A DNA stretch of 64,000 bases from positions 9,842 to 73,841 of IMG/VR virus record IMGVR_UViG_3300035498_000844. One strand, written 5' to 3'. The position numbers and the translations under genes are program-made. Positions 57,070 through 64,000 of this stretch are shown piece after piece. Numbering within the stretch: position 1 is the first letter of the stretch; the number at the start of each line of letters is the position of its first letter. The notes under the pieces were generated by a model, which saw only the letters and a list, made by a program, of their open reading frames with translations, was not told the origin of the DNA and searched no databases. This DNA is from a virus. Taxonomy: Duplodnaviria > Caudoviricetes.

Positions 57070-57852
57070 ATGGGAATGATGAATGATGGTGGATTAAGTA
57101 TCGCCGATGCTATGGCATTAGCAAATGGGAGAGAAGGTAATGAATACGGTGGATTCGGAGGCGCTGGAGGCACCTGGATTTGGGTATTTTTCTTATTCTT
57201 CTTACTTGCATGGGGCGGAAATGGATTCGGATTCGGTGGAAATGGAGCTGCTACGGCTGCGGCAAATCTAAATGGTGCCTTAACAAGAGCAGATTTATGT
57301 CAAGACATGAATTTCCAACAGTTACAGAATGACACAAGATCTCTTCAAAATGGACTTTGTGATGGATTCTATGCAGTTAATACAACATTATTAAATGGAT
57401 TTAATGCTGCTCAAGCAACTACTAATGCAGGATTTAATGGTATGCAGAGAGATCTTTGCACTGGATTTAATGGCGTAAATCAAAACATTAACCAGTCAAG
57501 ATTTGATATGCAACAGTGTTGCTGCGAAACAAATCGTAATTTAGATGCAACTCGTTATGAAAATGCTCAAAATACATGTAGTATTGTAGATGCCATTCGT
57601 CAAGACGGTGAAGCAACAAGAGCATTAATTAATGCTAATACAATGCAAGATTTAAGAGATAGACTTGCTGACAAAGATAGAGATCTTATGACTGCACAAT
57701 TCCAAATCAGTCAACAGGCTCAAACTACTAGTATTGTAAATCAAGTAGTACCTAAAGCAGTTCCTGCTTATATTACTTGCTCACCTTATGAAGCTAATCT
57801 TTTAGCTTCTGGTTTACTTGCTAATCAATATGGCGGCGGATGTTGCGCGTAA
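57070..57852 (+). CDS. cassette gene 3: membrane-anchored Gly/Asn/Cys-rich coiled-coil protein
   Basis: TM WIWVFFLFFLLAW, Gly-rich linker, NGF repeats, QQCCCET, PAYITCSP. Confidence 0.8.
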   Translation: MGMMNDGGLSIADAMALANGREGNEYGGFGGAGGTWIWVFFLFFLLAWGGNGFGFGGNGAATAAANLNGALTRADLCQDMNFQQLQNDTRSLQNGLCDGFYAVNTTLLNGFNAAQATTNAGFNGMQRDLCTGFNGVNQNINQSRFDMQQCCCETNRNLDATRYENAQNTCSIVDAIRQDGEATRALINANTMQDLRDRLADKDRDLMTAQFQISQQAQTTSIVNQVVPKAVPAYITCSPYEANLLASGLLANQYGGGCCA

Positions 57853-57939
57853 TTTAATTATTTAATTTATTCTTAATAGAAGGAAAGGAGATGCGGGAAC
57901 TCGGTTAAAGGCGCATAGACCGATTCCCGCGCATTTTAT

Positions 57940-58380
57940 ATGAGCTGTGTAAATAAACAATATCAAAAAAGCTTATTAAGCGCTTCTTCTGGGAGCCAAA
58001 CAATATTAACTAATGCAACTGTTCCATTTACAACTACTAATCTTTTAGATGGATGTTCTATTCAGTTTTCAGGAGGCTCAACTATTTCTCTTGTAAAACC
58101 AGGGGTTTATTTAATTAGCGTAGATGCCAATGTTGCTGAGGCAGGAACTGCAGGTATTATTTCTATGCAGATTCAGAAAAATGGAGTAAATATTAATGGA
58201 GCTAAAGCTAGTGTAGATTCTTCTGCAACTGGAGATGCAGAAAATATTCATGTAACAACCTTAGTAAAAGTATTACCATCATGTTGCATGATTAATAATA
58301 ATGCTAATGTCACTATTTTAAATAGTGGGGTTGGAGCAATTTATTCAAATGCTAATATAACTGTAGTAAAATTATGTTAA
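57940..58380 (+). CDS. cassette gene 4: C1q/TNF-like (BclA C-terminal-like) beta-sandwich protein
   Basis: QTI..NATVPF, GSTISL.KPGVYLISV, KNGVNI.GA pattern. Confidence 0.6.
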   Translation: MSCVNKQYQKSLLSASSGSQTILTNATVPFTTTNLLDGCSIQFSGGSTISLVKPGVYLISVDANVAEAGTAGIISMQIQKNGVNINGAKASVDSSATGDAENIHVTTLVKVLPSCCMINNNANVTILNSGVGAIYSNANITVVKLC

Positions 58381-58388
58381 GGAGGTAA

Positions 58389-59003
58389 ATGAAAATGGCT
58401 GATACAAGCACAACAATTCCTCCAACAGAGACTGAACATATAAATGAAGAAGTTGTATTAACTGAAACTACTGAAGAAGAAGATAGTATGACAAAAGAAG
58501 AAAAAGTGTGGATAAAATTAATGGAGCAAAATTTAGAAGGCGTCATGTTCCATGCTTTTGAAGCAGATTTGCATTGTCTACTTGATTTAAAAGGTTTCAA
58601 AAAAATGCATGAATATCAATATGCAGATGAGATGGAAAATCTTGGACATTTAAAACATAAATATATTGAACATTATAAAAAACTCCCAATATTAAAATCT
58701 GAAGGTCCAGATAGATGGGGAGAATATGCAGAATTAGATAAAAGTACAATTACACATGAAAAAATTTCTAAACTAGTGAAAAAATCAATGGAAAACTATG
58801 CCAGTTGGGAAACTGAAGTTTTAGAGCATTTATTAAAATGGAAAAGAAATGCTCAAGATAGAGAGTTGATTCACACTATGATAGAAGATGTCGTTCATGA
58901 AATTAAACAGGTTGAAACTATGATGAATATACTTGAACAACATAGTTATAATTATGATTGTATTTGTGAAATGTCTGATTATTTATGTAAAATGTATAAA
59001 TAA
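58389..59003 (+). CDS. cassette gene 5: ferritin-like four-helix-bundle protein with acidic N-terminal tail
   Basis: EGVMFH...LDLKGF..MHEYQYADEMENLGH parallels ferritin helices A/B; WETEV, EDVVHEIKQVE. Confidence 0.6.
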   Translation: MKMADTSTTIPPTETEHINEEVVLTETTEEEDSMTKEEKVWIKLMEQNLEGVMFHAFEADLHCLLDLKGFKKMHEYQYADEMENLGHLKHKYIEHYKKLPILKSEGPDRWGEYAELDKSTITHEKISKLVKKSMENYASWETEVLEHLLKWKRNAQDRELIHTMIEDVVHEIKQVETMMNILEQHSYNYDCICEMSDYLCKMYK

Positions 59004-59031
59004 TGGGGAACTATAAGTTCCCCATTTTTTT
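59002..59031. terminator. bidirectional terminator
   Basis: AATGGGGAAC/GTTCCCCATT between convergent genes. Confidence 0.8.
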
Positions 59032-59527
59032 ATTCCCAATTTATTTCATTATCTAATTTATTTACATAAGCATGACCAATCCCAATGGCATCTGCGATAT
59101 CATCATTTACTTTAATATCATAAGTGTCTTCTACAAATTTAATATCTGCAGATTTTAGTGAATCGCGACGAACACCCCGTCCAGTATGGATACCACATGC
59201 CGCCCGCCATGAACTAGGATATACATATTCTATTTCTACTTTTGGGTAATTATCATGTACCATAAAAGCGATTGCAGCTTGTAACCACATTAATGCTCTG
59301 TGCGTTTGAATATTTTGAAGACCATTTTCTGGTCTGACTTCTTCTAAAATAATTTTTTCTACTTCATGTTCATTAAGAAATTCATTAAGCAAATTTGTTA
59401 TCTTTTGTATTCTTTTTATTAAATCTATTGAAGATGCAGTAAAACAATCATATGCTTCTAATTTTTGCCCGTTAAAATAGGCAATTCCGCTGCTTTTAGT
59501 GGATGCATCTATGGCAAGTATTTTCAT
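59030..59527 (-). CDS. ruvC: RuvC-like Holliday junction resolvase
   Basis: ILAIDAST..SG, IILEE, DDIADAIGIG. Confidence 0.85.
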   Translation of the reverse strand: MKILAIDASTKSSGIAYFNGQKLEAYDCFTASSIDLIKRIQKITNLLNEFLNEHEVEKIILEEVRPENGLQNIQTHRALMWLQAAIAFMVHDNYPKVEIEYVYPSSWRAACGIHTGRGVRRDSLKSADIKFVEDTYDIKVNDDIADAIGIGHAYVNKLDNEINWE

Positions 59528-59554
59528 TTATATTCCTCCTTAACCTATACCTAG

Positions 59555-59583
59555 ATTATAACATAAAATTTTAGACTTGTCAA
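59555..59583 (-). promoter_or_regulatory. sigmaA-type promoter
   Basis: TTGACA-17-TATAAT. Confidence 0.8.
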
Positions 59584-59596
59584 ATTTTATTTAAAC

Positions 59597-59638
59597 AAAA
59601 AAAATAAGAGTGACTTTATTAGTCACTCTTATTTTTTT
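59597..59638. terminator. bidirectional terminator
   Basis: A-tract-AAGAGTGACT/AGTCACTCTT-T-tract. Confidence 0.8.
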
Positions 59639-59719
59639 GTTTTTTTACATTTATTTTTATGTTTTTGCATTGATAAATCAATTGCATCATCAATAGGTTT
59701 AATTAAAGCTCTGAGGCCT

Positions 59720-60175
59720 CTAATTGGTTCCTGTACTTCCGAATCCACCATCTCCGCGCTTTGTTTCATTTAGTTCCTCCACGACAGTAAAATTAACTGG
59801 AATGAAAGGCATTACTACTAATTGTGCAATTCTTTCATTTGGTTCTATTGACATTATTTCATTAGTATCATTATGTAAAGCTATAATTATTTCTCCTCGA
59901 TAATCTGCATCAATTACTCCAACACAATTTGCAGGTCTTAATCCTCTTCTAGTTGCAAGTCCACTTCGTGCAAATATAGCACCAAATGTATTTTCTGATA
60001 ACTCAATAGAAATTCCAGTTCCAACTTTTATAGTAGAATGGGGAGCGATAACTATAATCCCAGTTGTATTAGCATAAAGATCATATCCAGCCGCATACTC
60101 ACTTCCTTTTGTTGGAACTTTTGCATTTTTACTTAATAATTTAATATTTATATTTTCTAATTTTTTAATGTCCAT
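59720..60175 (-). CDS. dut: trimeric dUTPase
   Basis: AAGYDL, FARSGLA, GVIDADYRGEI, ERIAQLV, RGDGGFGSTG. Confidence 0.97.
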   Translation of the reverse strand: MDIKKLENINIKLLSKNAKVPTKGSEYAAGYDLYANTTGIIVIAPHSTIKVGTGISIELSENTFGAIFARSGLATRRGLRPANCVGVIDADYRGEIIIALHNDTNEIMSIEPNERIAQLVVMPFIPVNFTVVEELNETKRGDGGFGSTGTN

Positions 60176-60189
60176 CTATTTTAACCTCT

Positions 60190-60447
60190 TTAAAATGCGC
60201 TTCCACTTGTATTATAACTTACTGTTGTAGACCCAATAGGATCCTTTTCTTCATCATGGACACGAGTAATAACTACTCTATACCATTCTTGACATATTTC
60301 TCCCTTTTGTTTTTGACATTTATATTCAGATGAGCTTTTTGTAATTTGTCCTGCCCCACTTTTTCTAGCTTCTTCAATTAAATTTTTTGCTTCTATTTCA
60401 GTATCAACTCTGTACGTCTCTGAGGTCGAGATAAGATATTTTGCCAT
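60190..60447 (-). CDS. hypothetical protein
   Basis: 85-aa ORF in the operon. Confidence 0.7.
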   Translation of the reverse strand: MAKYLISTSETYRVDTEIEAKNLIEEARKSGAGQITKSSSEYKCQKQKGEICQEWYRVVITRVHDEEKDPIGSTTVSYNTSGSAF

Positions 60448-61201
60448 TCCTTTTTTCTCCTTTTATATCTTTTATTATATATTGTAAAATAATTAATAAT
60501 CTTTCATTTAATTCATTATGGAAATTACCTTCATTACTAATTATATAAAGGTTAATTTTATTTTCTAAACAAAAATTTTGTTTTAATTTATCATATTCTT
60601 GTCTCTTTTTTAATCCAGTGTCATGTTGAAAATAACTATTTTCTTTATAATGTTGGGTTCCATTAAATTCAATTAGACATTTTAAATCATGATTTTTATT
60701 AAATATAGCAAAATCAAATCTCAAAGGTTTAGAATCCCCTTTTAGTTTATTAAATTTATATTCTTTTTCATAAAAATAATCATTATTTTCAGAAAAGAAC
60801 TTTGCTATATATTGTTCACCTATTGATTTGCTACATCCACAACTTTGAGCATCGCCATTTCTTAAATTTCTTCCGCTTATAGATACAATAGAACCACATA
60901 ATTGACACTCACAAATCCAATGAATACATCTATCTGGAAAATCTTTTGCAGGAGTTTCATCTTGTTTAATAACTTTTAAAAAACCATAAGTCTTGTTAGA
61001 TTCATCTTTATAATTATTGCAATGTTTTCCACAAGAAGTTCGTTTGCCAGCGCGAAGTTCGCTTCCATTAAAAATTTTTTGTTCCCCACATGAACATTGA
61101 CATAACCACATAGTTTTTCTCATTCCTGGTTCTCGTACTGGTTTTAAGACTTTTAAGGCTCCATAAATATTTCCAGTTTCATCAATTAATCTTCTGCTCA
61201 T
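60404..61201 (-). CDS. free-standing homing endonuclease (repeated Cys-rich DNA-binding units plus Vsr/DUF559-like nuclease)
   Basis: Two units G..YG.L.V...W.C.C..CG....G..LR.G...SCG; C-terminal SIGE...LRFDFAIF...LIEFNGTQHY. Confidence 0.8.
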   Translation of the reverse strand: MSRRLIDETGNIYGALKVLKPVREPGMRKTMWLCQCSCGEQKIFNGSELRAGKRTSCGKHCNNYKDESNKTYGFLKVIKQDETPAKDFPDRCIHWICECQLCGSIVSISGRNLRNGDAQSCGCSKSIGEQYIAKFFSENNDYFYEKEYKFNKLKGDSKPLRFDFAIFNKNHDLKCLIEFNGTQHYKENSYFQHDTGLKKRQEYDKLKQNFCLENKINLYIISNEGNFHNELNERLLIILQYIIKDIKGEKRNGKISYLDLRDVQS

Positions 61202-61202
61202 A

Positions 61203-61466
61203 TTAAATAATATTTATTTCAATTGTATTTTTATTATATTTTGCGATTTCAGCCTCTTTAAATCTTTTAGTTAATCCGCGAATATATTGTTTTGGACCTA
61301 CTAAATCAACTTGTTTAATATCATATTCTTCTGCAAGAGAAAAAATAGTTTCATTTATCTTATCTAATGTAGGCGCAGTAACCGCTAATTTATTACCATC
61401 TTCATAAACATAAAAATTTTGTTTCATATCAAACGGTCTTAAAACTCCAACAATTTTTCTAGCCAT
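61203..61466 (-). CDS. hypothetical protein
   Basis: 87-aa ORF in the operon. Confidence 0.7.
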   Translation of the reverse strand: MARKIVGVLRPFDMKQNFYVYEDGNKLAVTAPTLDKINETIFSLAEEYDIKQVDLVGPKQYIRGLTKRFKEAEIAKYNKNTIEINII

Positions 61467-61844
61467 TTATTTCACCTCTATAACACCAAGATCATATGGA
61501 AAGAGGTAATAGACAAAGGCTTCATTGTCAATATTTAACCAAATTTCATAAGCATCTTCTTGTTCTGTTAAATCAATAGAAATAATAGACCCTCGGTTTT
61601 CTAAACACTCTTGTAAATCTGTAACACTATTCATTAGAGAGAGGTCATTTTTATTTAAAAAATTAAATAAAGTAAAATCATACTTTTCTCTACATAAAAG
61701 CATAAAATATTTATTTGTGCTATCCTTAAAAAAATTTTTAACTTTTTTCATTTTATCTTTAATTTCAAATTTTTTTAAGGACCCTTCAGATAACATAACA
61801 CTTTTATTTATATCATAAATTGTACCTAAAGACATTTCACTCAT
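61467..61844 (-). CDS. hypothetical protein
   Basis: 125-aa ORF in the operon. Confidence 0.7.
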   Translation of the reverse strand: MSEMSLGTIYDINKSVMLSEGSLKKFEIKDKMKKVKNFFKDSTNKYFMLLCREKYDFTLFNFLNKNDLSLMNSVTDLQECLENRGSIISIDLTEQEDAYEIWLNIDNEAFVYYLFPYDLGVIEVK

Positions 61845-61847
61845 TTA

Positions 61848-62126
61848 TTAAATCTCCTCATACTTCTTTTCAAAAACATCTGGTTTACAAGGATAAAATT
61901 CACCTCTTAAACCTTTAATAATATAGTCTCCAATTATAGCTTCCATATTTCCTTCAAGAGTATGAATAAAAAAGGTAGAAGGAATCCAATTTTTATCCCA
62001 TTTTGTATTCGTTAACATATCATATCTTAAAGTTTTTCCTACAAAATCTCTTATCTCTTCAAAATTTTGTCCCGTCCACTGAATCGCTTCAATTTCGCAA
62101 GGCTTAGTTTTATATCTCTTTATCAT
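61848..62126 (-). CDS. conserved phage hypothetical protein
   Basis: IEAIQWTG...IHTLEG...GDYIIKG..GEFYPCKPDVFEKKYE pattern. Confidence 0.75.
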   Translation of the reverse strand: MIKRYKTKPCEIEAIQWTGQNFEEIRDFVGKTLRYDMLTNTKWDKNWIPSTFFIHTLEGNMEAIIGDYIIKGLRGEFYPCKPDVFEKKYEEI

Positions 62127-62148
62127 TAATTCTATTTCCCTTCTTTGA

Positions 62149-62370
62149 TTAGCTGATTTTCTGTTTTTCTCCGTCTATTTCAAAAATAAGATTAATTTCT
62201 TTTTTACACTCTGGACATATAATATACTGTCTAAAAATATGATGCCAAGTAAAAAGAACTTCTTCTGAACAGTCAGTCTCTTTGACATCATTGTCAGTGT
62301 AAGCTAATAAAGCTTTGCAATTAGGACATTCAGTTTCTTTATATGCATTTCCATGTTTAAGAATTTTCAT
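62149..62370 (-). CDS. Zn-ribbon protein
   Basis: CPNC...CPEC. Confidence 0.7.
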   Translation of the reverse strand: MKILKHGNAYKETECPNCKALLAYTDNDVKETDCSEEVLFTWHHIFRQYIICPECKKEINLIFEIDGEKQKIS

Positions 62371-62387
62371 ATTTTGATTATTCCTTT

Positions 62388-62903
62388 TTATTTTTCATTA
62401 TAATCTATTTTAACATATTTTTTATCTTCTGTCAATTTATAAACATTTTGATTGCGGCTTCCGCGAAGCCATAAAGAAAAATCCCTTTCTTTTAAAATAA
62501 AACGTCCATCAATAAGATAATTAATATTAGATAAAATATATTTTAAATCTTCATCGTTTTTCTTTTGTAATTCAGATAATTCATACCCAGTCCATACAAA
62601 GATTTTAATATTTGGATAAGACTTTCTAACTGCGGAAATTATTTCTTTAACTAATTTTCTATTCTCTGGGCAGAGAGGCTCTCCACCCAGTATAGAAAAA
62701 TTACGTTGTATTTCATTATCACTAATAGCTTTAATAATAGTTTCTTTTAAGTTATTTATATTTATCTTATATCCACCATTAAAGTCCCAAGTTTCAGAGT
62801 TAAAACAATCTTTACAATGATGAGGACAACCTTGAGTAAATAGTGATGTGCAAACTCCAATTCCATTTACAACATCATTTTTAATAATACCTGCTATTCT
62901 CAT
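62388..62903 (-). CDS. nrdG: anaerobic ribonucleotide reductase activase (radical SAM)
   Basis: NDVVNG, QGCPHHCKDCFNSETWDF (CxxxCxxC), ILGGEP, LRGSRNQ. Confidence 0.95.
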   Translation of the reverse strand: MRIAGIIKNDVVNGIGVCTSLFTQGCPHHCKDCFNSETWDFNGGYKININNLKETIIKAISDNEIQRNFSILGGEPLCPENRKLVKEIISAVRKSYPNIKIFVWTGYELSELQKKNDEDLKYILSNINYLIDGRFILKERDFSLWLRGSRNQNVYKLTEDKKYVKIDYNEK

Positions 62904-62911
62904 ATTGCCTC

Positions 62912-63910
62912 CTATTGATGTTTAACTCTTGCTTCTACTTCTTTTTGCTTGCCTGGATTGAATGCGGTTGTATAATTACCAGTTAAATAGCCAGTCACTC
63001 TACGTAAGCGTTGAATATGATTACTTCCGCATATTGGACAACTTTCATTAAATTCCCCAGTAAAACCACACTCAAGACAAGTGTCATTAGGTACGTTAAC
63101 TGCAAAATAAGGAATATCATGATCCATTGCATAATTTACAATCGTTTCTAATGCATCTATATTTTTGCGGATGCCACCTTCAAGTTCCACATAGGTAATA
63201 CATCCCGCACTTGAGTATCCAGTTAATTGAGATTCAATATCAATTTTTTCAAAAGGACTCATTGATTTCCATACTGGGACGTGCATTGAATTAGTAAAGA
63301 AATCTCTGTCTGAAACATTTGGGATAACTCCATATTTTTCTTTAAATTTCTTCATTGCAGTATAACAGAGATTTTCAGCTGGAGTGTAATATACACCAAA
63401 GTTGAGCTTATATTCTTCTTTAAATTCAGCACATTTATCTTTAAACAGTTGTTCAATTCTTTTTGCCAACTCCATGCCCTTTTCTGTTGTATGATCAGTG
63501 CCAATAAGAATTTGAAGTGTTTCTGCTAAACCAATCTGTCCAATAGCCAAAGTCCCATGTTTAAGTGCGGAACGAATACCTTCTTCTGGAACGTATCCTT
63601 CCATAGTTCCATTCTCATACATAAATTTTGCAGATTCTGGAGGTTGAGAGCAAATCCAATCAAATCTTTCAATCAACATATCTTTAGCTTCATGAATCTT
63701 TTTGTCAAGAATTAAAAAGAAACGTCTTTCGATTTCTTTTCTTTTTTCTTCATTGTCATCATCTAATACTTTATAAGCTGGTAATTGATTACATTGGTCT
63801 TCTGCTATTTTTGCTAATGTTGGCATAATAATAGTTACAGGGCAGATATTTCCGCGTCCATCTTTCAACTGTCCGAATCCGTTAATGTCCCATCCATTCG
63901 CGGTTCTACA
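62912..63910 (-). CDS. nrdD: class III ribonucleotide reductase, 3' exon
   Basis: CRT at exon start, YYTPAENL, FTNSMH, Zn site CLEC..CPIC, glycyl-radical loop RRVTGYL. Confidence 0.93.
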   Translation of the reverse strand, partial: CRTANGWDINGFGQLKDGRGNICPVTIIMPTLAKIAEDQCNQLPAYKVLDDDNEEKRKEIERRFFLILDKKIHEAKDMLIERFDWICSQPPESAKFMYENGTMEGYVPEEGIRSALKHGTLAIGQIGLAETLQILIGTDHTTEKGMELAKRIEQLFKDKCAEFKEEYKLNFGVYYTPAENLCYTAMKKFKEKYGVIPNVSDRDFFTNSMHVPVWKSMSPFEKIDIESQLTGYSSAGCITYVELEGGIRKNIDALETIVNYAMDHDIPYFAVNVPNDTCLECGFTGEFNESCPICGSNHIQRLRRVTGYLTGNYTTAFNPGKQKEVEARVKHQ

Positions 63911-64000
63911 CATGTTTATCCAATGTTACCATTGGCACTGACTATATCTTCATTCTATTTATTTTATAAATAGAGTTGTCTTCCGCTTCGGTTTTCAAGT
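63911..64000 (-). mobile_element. group I intron, 3' end (truncated by the window edge)
   Basis: Minus strand: P8-like hairpin TCTATTTAT/ATAAATAGA, S element GAAGATATAGTC, P9 CCAATG-GTAA-CATTGG, terminal G before TGT (Cys); nrdD frame closed by TAG upstream. Confidence 0.85.

Noticed and set aside
3031-58600. Many short opposite-strand or nested ORFs in the track (e.g. 3031-3258, 3819-4001, 4826-5098, 5592-5822, 8305-8499, 15654-16070, 17047-17247, 40098-40322, 58352-58600)
   Set aside because: They are shadows of real genes, tRNAs or regulatory DNA, lack RBSs and have implausible composition
1-64000. Genome-wide TAG reassignment (genetic code 15)
   Set aside because: Two in-frame TAGs look read-through-like, but Gln-rich long genes (TMP, TerL, portal) contain no internal TAG, TAG acts as a normal stop at 9470, 10681, 13727 and 14169, and no CUA-anticodon tRNA is seen
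63911-64000. Intein in nrdD
   Set aside because: No His-Asn before the Cys, the frame is closed by TAG, and group I RNA elements are present instead
1-64000. Integrated prophage boundaries or integrase
   Set aside because: No recombinase, att-like junction or host housekeeping genes; all content is phage-like

Overview
AT-rich segment of a large tailed dsDNA phage, most likely infecting a Firmicutes (Clostridia-like) host. This rests on sigmaA-type TTGACA-17-TATAAT promoters, strong GGAGG RBSs and gene content. No integrase or host genes are seen. There are four blocks. (1) 1-3 kb (+): small genes, a tandem winged-helix Rep-like initiator and an iteron array (candidate origin). (2) 3.3-19.3 kb (-): an early/accessory region of about 45 small genes, nearly each with its own consensus promoter. 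It is punctuated about seven times by a repeated TTTGTGCA-box / TTCGGGA / GC-hairpin element and carries tRNA-Lys(UUU) flanked by two aberrant tRNA-like RNAs. (3) 19.4-59 kb (+): packaging, head, neck and long non-contractile tail genes (TerL, portal, protease/scaffold, MCP, tail tube, ~2,780-aa tape measure, tail tip), then a self-contained five-gene cassette of unknown function (membrane-anchored Gly/Asn/Cys-rich protein, C1q/BclA-like protein, ferritin-like protein). (4) 59-64 kb (-): RuvC-like resolvase, dUTPase, a homing endonuclease, nrdG and nrdD, the last interrupted by a group I intron immediately before its catalytic cysteine. All assignments come from reading motifs by eye; no database searches were run.
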